Assembly (NCBI GenBank): GCA_951406725.2
Contig: OX597817.1
Coordinates: 163,494,001 to 163,558,000, forward strand
Direction of reading: 5' to 3'
Length of the DNA stretch: 64,000 bases
From: Octopus vulgaris
Lineage: Eukaryota
This document shows positions 57,829 through 64,000 of this stretch, piece after piece (positions within the stretch are counted from its first letter, which is position 1; each line of letters starts with the position of its first letter). A program made the position numbers and the translations under genes. The notes under the pieces are model-generated. The model worked only from the letters and a program-made list of their open reading frames with translations. It had not been told where the DNA came from and made no database searches.

Positions 57829-58722
57829 TACTTAGTCAGATCAATGAGAATCCGGACTGTTGCCATAGTAACGAAGCTAAAGCACGTAAAGTGAAACCGC
57901 TTGGCACAGATTAATCTTGAAATCTGTTGTGCATGGTCACTAAATTTTAACGTTCAAGCTCACTTCCGTTGTTTACAGCAGTGCTTGGAAGGAAGACGTG
58001 TAACGTGTGATCGTCGCATTGATCATGACAGATAAAGTTGAGCAGAGAATCTGCATCACATTTTACCAAAAGCCAGGCGATACTTGCTCAGTGGCCTACG
58101 CAAAGTTTTCAAAATGTTTCCATCGTTCTCTACATAATCAAGGAGATCTTACGCTACTGAAACCAGTGTGTCGTTTTCGTCAGCTGAGAGCAGTTTTGGC
58201 ACAAACGTGGCAGACACGCGTCTCATACCCAAATCTTTAATGATAATGGATTGAAATGGACCGTAACTTATCTGCACATCCTCAACTCACGGATGATGAT
58301 TCGATGAATTCCCCTCACATCTGCACGCACTTCTGCGATGTTTTTCTCAGTTCTTCTGGTTGTGGGTCTCCCAGAACGTTCGTCAATATTGACATTTTCC
58401 GGCCATCTTAGAAACGTCTGAACCACTCATAGACTTGTGTGAGGCTCATATACTCCTCTCCACACACTTTATGCAACTTTGCGTAGACGTCTGAGCAGGT
58501 ATCGCCATGACAACTTTCTCTATCATGGTCAATGCGAGGATCAGATGCTACATACCTTCCTTCCAAGCCCTGCTGTAACCAGCGGAAGTGCGTTAGAACA
58601 TTGAAACTTATTGTACATGCACAGCAAAGCTGAAAGTCAATCTTTGCCCAACATCTTCGCTTTGCGTGCTTTAGCTTTGTTACTATGGCAACAATCTTGA
58701 TACTTATTGATCATACCTCGTA
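57829..58722. mobile_element. mariner-derived foldback made of two convergent 5' halves
   Basis: Both ends carry ..gatcaat..tgttgccatagtaac.aagctaaagcacg. The + strand gives MTDKVEQRICITF..GDTCSVAYAK and the - strand gives GDTCSDVYAKLHKV..VYEWFRRF..DERSGRP. Confidence 0.75.
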
Positions 58723-58802
58723 TTTGTGTGTGTGTGCGCATGTATGTGTGCGTGCACGTCTGTGTGTGTATACATACACATATATAAATATAAATATATA
58801 TA

Positions 58803-59216
58803 TACTCTTTACTCTTTTTACTCTTTTACTTGTTTCAGTCATCTGATTGCGGCCATGCTGGGGCACCGCCTTTAATCGAGCAACTCGACCCCAGGACTTA
58901 TTCTTTTGTAAGCCCAGTACTTATTCTATCGGTCGCTTTTGCCGAACCGCTAAGTAACGGAGACATAAACACACCAGCATCGGTTGTCAAGCAATGCTAG
59001 GGGGATAAACACAGACACACAAACACACACACACACATATATATACATATATACGACGGGCTTCTTTCAGTTTCCGTCTACCAAATCCACTCACAAGGCT
59101 TTGGTCGGCCCGAGGCTATAGTAGAAGACACTTGCCCAAGGTGCCACGTAGTGGGACTGAACCCGGAACCATGTGGTTGGTAAACAAGCTACTTACCACA
59201 CAGCCACTCCTGCGCC
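58803..59216 (-). mobile_element. SINE-B, full length
   Basis: Starts ggcgcaggagtggctgtgtgg on the minus strand and ends in a (gagtaaaa)n tail. Confidence 0.92.
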
Positions 59217-59655
59217 TTTATATATAAACATACATGCATACATACAAAAACTGTCATATAACATGACAGTTTTAGGTTTTTCCATTTTCATAGTAATTTT
59301 TATTAGGTAAACAGCAACTAATTTTCAGTGAATATTACAGGAAGTATGCAATACAGAATTGCATAGATCCACGATCAAAATCACCATAGGAACCGGAAAT
59401 AGATTCCATAAGTAGATTATTTACCGAGAGTTGAAACTATCGATAGTTTTCACCATGTTTGGTTAATGACTCCAGCCAGGAAATAAACATATTAATGTGA
59501 ACATTGTTGATGAAAGAGCATTGAAGTTGCATGTCAAAACTACATTTTAGATTCATGCATCCGACAGCGTAATTATCAAATATTGCACCGTCAGACTTTT
59601 AATAAACACCCATACACGCACACGTACGATGCACACACGCACACGTACGACGCAC

Positions 59656-59691
<36 letters not shown>

Positions 59692-59809
59692 GTGTATACA
59701 TACATACACACATATGCATGTATAGATACAGAAACACATATGCATATATGTAGGTAGTAACGAATGTGAGAAAGTGAAAAAGAGAATTCACCTCCATGGT
59801 TGTATATAA

Positions 59810-60327
59810 TGTTGGGTTGTCCGGAAAGTTCGTGCCGATTTTTAAAAGAAAGAAAAAGGTCAATAAATACTTGCCATTACCCCAGGTGCTCCTGAACGAC
59901 GGATTTTGATAGGTTGAGGCTTTCTGCCAATTCTCGAGTTGTGCAACGTGGGTTATTCTCAATTAATGACTTGATTTGGTCATCTTCTGTAGTGGATGGT
60001 CTGCCTAATCGCTCTTTATCAATAAGGCTACAATCTCCAGCTCGGAACCTTGCGAACCACTTCCGTACAGTTCTTTCGGATAAAGAAACATCACCGTAAA
60101 CTGCGCATATTTCTTTGGTTGCTTGAACTTTCTTATCTTCCGTTTTAAAGGGTTACAGAATTAACACAGGTTATAGGAACATAAACCTTCTTCCACGAAA
60201 ATACAGCTTAAAATGTGCTCTAAATGGAGGTGTAGTCAAATCCTATTTCATGAACAGAAACATGTTCTAAAATAAGTCGAAAGGTAAGCTACTATAAATC
60301 GACACGAACTTTCCGGACAACCCAATA
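59810..60327 (-). mobile_element. Internally deleted mariner
   Basis: TIRs ttgggttgtccggaaagttcgtg(c/t)cgattt. Minus-strand HTH fragment ICAVYGDVSLSERTVRKWFARFRAGDCSLIDKERLGRP...TTRELAESL. Confidence 0.88.
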
Positions 60328-60537
60328 ATTCTTTTGACTGAATTACTCAGGTGCTTCGCTAACCTTTAGGTAAATTTGTCCGATCGACTGGAAAAGTACC
60401 TGACTAACAGCAACAAGCAACTATACCTGGCAAAATGTGTACACGCACGCACGCACGCACGCACGAACGCAGACACATTTAAATGTACGTGTATGTGTGT
60501 GAATGTGTAAGTGTGTGTGTGCGTGTATATATATATG

Positions 60538-60581
<44 letters not shown>

Positions 60582-60761
60582 CAAACATACACATATATAT
60601 ATGAGTGTGTATGTATGTGTATGTGTGCTGTGTGTGAATACATACACATATACTTACATGCATTCGACTAAATCCTTCAAGACTGTGCTTGAGTCATGGC
60701 TACGGTAAAAGAAAGGTATATATATATATATACACGGCACACATACACATACATACACACT

Positions 60762-60860
<99 letters not shown>

Positions 60861-61842
60861 CGATAGATAGATATATAGGTAGAGAGAGAGAAAGAGAGGG
60901 AGAGAGAGATGGGAGAGAAAGGGGGAGAGACAGTTTCTTGTCCAGTTGAAAATTTGCTCGGACGCAGTCTTTCAACAACACGCACACATAACTTGTGCTC
61001 TCTTTGATCTGTCAGCCCAGACAAATTTAACCTTCCCGCACATGTGTTTACGTGAATGCTTGAATGAACCCAAACACGAATATGAAATCATTGAATATAA
61101 AATCATTAATTTTCTTTACTAATACTTGTTAGGGATATGATAGCTATACAACATGTAATAAAGAGATTGCTATCATTCAGAATAATGTCTTCCCAACACT
61201 GCTGTGCCTCTCGACTTTCACTCGATATAGGTTCGTCCTTTCCCTCTTCTTTTCATATCCCTTTCCGCATTCTTCTTTTTATCCTTCTTCCAGTAACTCT
61301 TGACTAAACTATCAGCCAAATAAGCTATCCACAAAGATGTTTGTATGCCACAAAAATTCGCACCTCCGAAACAACTATGCCTCACTCACAAGATGAACCA
61401 AAAGGTATATAAGAAACTTGAAAAAAGGCTCCTATTGAAGGTAGTTCTCCAATGTCGCCGCAATCCGATGACAGAAACAAGACAAAAAAAAAATGTGTGT
61501 GTGTGCGCGTGTAAAATTAATAACCTTTTTCCCCATGGAAATTCTGAATCATTTTACTCCAATCGTATATTCAAATCAGGTCTGGTATTTTTTAAAAGAA
61601 AAATCGGTTTGTAGTTATTGCTTATTATAATTATATTCTGAGTTATATATTTGTATTATTAGATAGCCTGATAATAAATGAGACAGTCCCAAGTAATTTA
61701 TTTTCACTATTAACAATAATCAATTTAGTTTCAATGCTAATTTGAAATGAAGCTTCTTGACAGCCTTCAATCAAGGCTACCAAACATTTAACGTTCACAT
61801 CGTGCTTCATAAAATTAGGTGACACACACAATACTCACGTCC

Positions 61843-61923
<81 letters not shown>

Positions 61924-61944
61924 CCTACCTACCTACCTACCTAC

Positions 61945-62027
<83 letters not shown>

Positions 62028-63002
62028 CAACGCATCCTCTTTCGCTTCTTGTGGAAAGGATGCGTCCCGATGGTCAGGCGATCCATTTGCTGTCAACACC
62101 CGTTAAAAGGAGGGCTGGGCATGCCGTGGTTGATGATGCGCAGACACGCGCTGAGACTGCGACATCTCTGGCTCTATGTAGACGACGGTGAACAGGTGTG
62201 GTCGCCGTTTGTGAGGCACGCTTTCCCGCAGCTCGTCTCCATGACCGAACTGCAGTCGTGGATCAAAAAGAGGCCGAGGAAGGGCGAATGGCACCGCGAG
62301 TGTCGCGTTGCTCTCAAGCAACTCTGCCGTCCTGGGTCGACCTTAAGTGACTTCAACACAACCAAAGCATTCTATAGGGGTTTAGTGGAGGGGAGGTACG
62401 ACGACGAGCTCGGAGCGAACCTGGACGTCGACGAGGACTACCTGACCCGCCTGTTCAGGACGACTTTCGGGCCAGGGCCCATGGACAACTTCCAGAGATC
62501 CCTGGCCTGGCAGTGCTACCGAGAAGCGCTACCCGTTCGGGATAAGCTCTACAGACACGGCTCGAGAAACACGGGGCCGACCTGCCCGAGATGCGGTCAG
62601 AGCGACGAAACCGCTCTGCACGCACTCGTGCAGTGTCCAACAATTTCCGACCTGTGGGCTTATGTCGAACAACTGCTGTCACGTGTGGGACGAGTCGGTT
62701 TATCAGCTGAGTCTATCGTCAATATTGTCACGCCTCCTTCCTTCAAACGGGAAGGAAGAGCTATTTTCATCATCCTTGTGGCTATGGCGAAAGAATGTAT
62801 CTGGTGGACGCGTCTGAAAGGATTGGAGACAAACACTTTCCTCTCTGGTCAATCTCTCATCAACTTCTTCAAGTACCACTTGAAAAGGAAAGTGAGAGTA
62901 GAGAGGCAAGTTTTGTCTAGCGAATGTTTTAAAAAAAGATGGGTGAATGTAGCAAGAATGGCACGTATGAATGACGAAGCCACCTTGAGCATAGTCCTAT
63001 GA
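62028..63002 (+). CDS. LINE ORF2 C-terminal fragment (post-RT region + zf-RVT zinc motif), no start codon
   Basis: Uninterrupted frame [11 protein letters not shown]...GGLGMP...[14 protein letters not shown]...CPRC...HALVQC...stop. Confidence 0.8.
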   Translation, partial: QRILFRFLWKGCVPMVRRSICCQHPLKGGLGMPWLMMRRHALRLRHLWLYVDDGEQVWSPFVRHAFPQLVSMTELQSWIKKRPRKGEWHRECRVALKQLCRPGSTLSDFNTTKAFYRGLVEGRYDDELGANLDVDEDYLTRLFRTTFGPGPMDNFQRSLAWQCYREALPVRDKLYRHGSRNTGPTCPRCGQSDETALHALVQCPTISDLWAYVEQLLSRVGRVGLSAESIVNIVTPPSFKREGRAIFIILVAMAKECIWWTRLKGLETNTFLSGQSLINFFKYHLKRKVRVERQVLSSECFKKRWVNVARMARMNDEATLSIVL

Positions 63003-63374
63003 ACACAGAAATCGAAAACAGAGAGTTGCTTATTTGCAAAAAAAAAAAAAAAAAGAAATATAAAATGTAACTTCATTGACCGAGGTTACCGTGGTCTTTT
63101 CCGTAGGCTTTTCTTTCCACGGGTAAACCTCACCTGTCCTCCCCTTTACACTTCATATTGACATTTCTGTGATAACGATCCCTATTGATCAATTTTTTTT
63201 TTTCCTCTCCCCCTTTTTTTTACCCCCCTTTTTTGTCCTCTTTCTCTCCTTTTACGATCCCTTTTGATTGAAACTCCCCCTTCCTTTTTTTTTTTTTTTA
63301 ACCCTTCAAAAGAAAAGCTCTACCTTGTAATTTGTTCTATCTGTGTGCAGCCCTGTGTGGCTAATAGAGAAACA
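62028..63374 (+). mobile_element. Young 5'-truncated Tx1/L1-clade LINE inside an (ATCT)n array
   Basis: Open frame plus T/C-rich 3' UTR. (ATCT)n on both sides (61843-62027 and 63375-63705). Confidence 0.9.
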
Positions 63375-63433
<59 letters not shown>

Positions 63434-63491
63434 ATATCTATCTATCTATCAATCTCTCTCTCTCTATCTACCTATCTATCTATCTACCTAC

Positions 63492-63561
<70 letters not shown>

Positions 63562-63622
63562 ATCTATCTATCAATCTCTCTCTCTCTATCTACCTATCTA
63601 TCTATCTATCTACCTACCTATC

Positions 63623-63706
<84 letters not shown>

Positions 63707-64000
63707 CACATGTGTATATACATGTGTGTATGTGTGTGTGTGTGTGTGTGTGCGTGTGTGTTTGTGTGTGTGTGCGTGCATGCGTAGGTATATTTCTATG
63801 GTCGAAATTGTCAAAGTAGTTTCTTCAAATGTCTTAGAAATTACTACCAAATTTTGTGTAATTTTTGAAATACTGACCCCCATCAACATCATTCGCACGA
63901 AAAAAAGCTGTATTAAAGAATATATTTTCTCAAGATAACCAGCTGATATGTACAACATTTTAATACAGTTCTAATATGATATTAGTGCAAACAAATCACA

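Overview
AT-rich, microsatellite-saturated animal DNA, most likely octopus (Octopus sp.), judged from the SINE families and repeat density (an inference). I find no supportable host exon, so the window looks intergenic or intronic, with only a weak hint of a minus-strand gene start at the left edge. Nearly all supplied ORFs are translations of (AT)n, (CA)n, (ATAC)n, (ATCT)n or (ATT)n. The real content is mobile DNA. (1) Three tRNA-headed SINE groups, here called A, B and C; group A is built from two heads and four interchangeable tails. (2) LINE remnants: two Tx1/L1-type ORF2 3' ends, an RTE 3' end, a Dong/R4 3' end, a decayed Hero-like RT and a CCHC ORF1 with no ORF2. (3) mariner/Tc1, hAT, pogo-like and Helitron pieces. 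(4) Short Penelope-like elements in (AT)n, about 11 carrying hammerhead-ribozyme-like motifs and several forming long hairpins with a one-sided tail. The best leads are hammerhead variants with atypical cores, SINE-C arrays that appear to grow by insertion into their own head, two SINE/LINE 3'-tail partnerships visible in the window (C1/Tx1 and T3/RTE), and a young Tx1 copy inside a (GATA)n array. All alignments and folds were done by eye.
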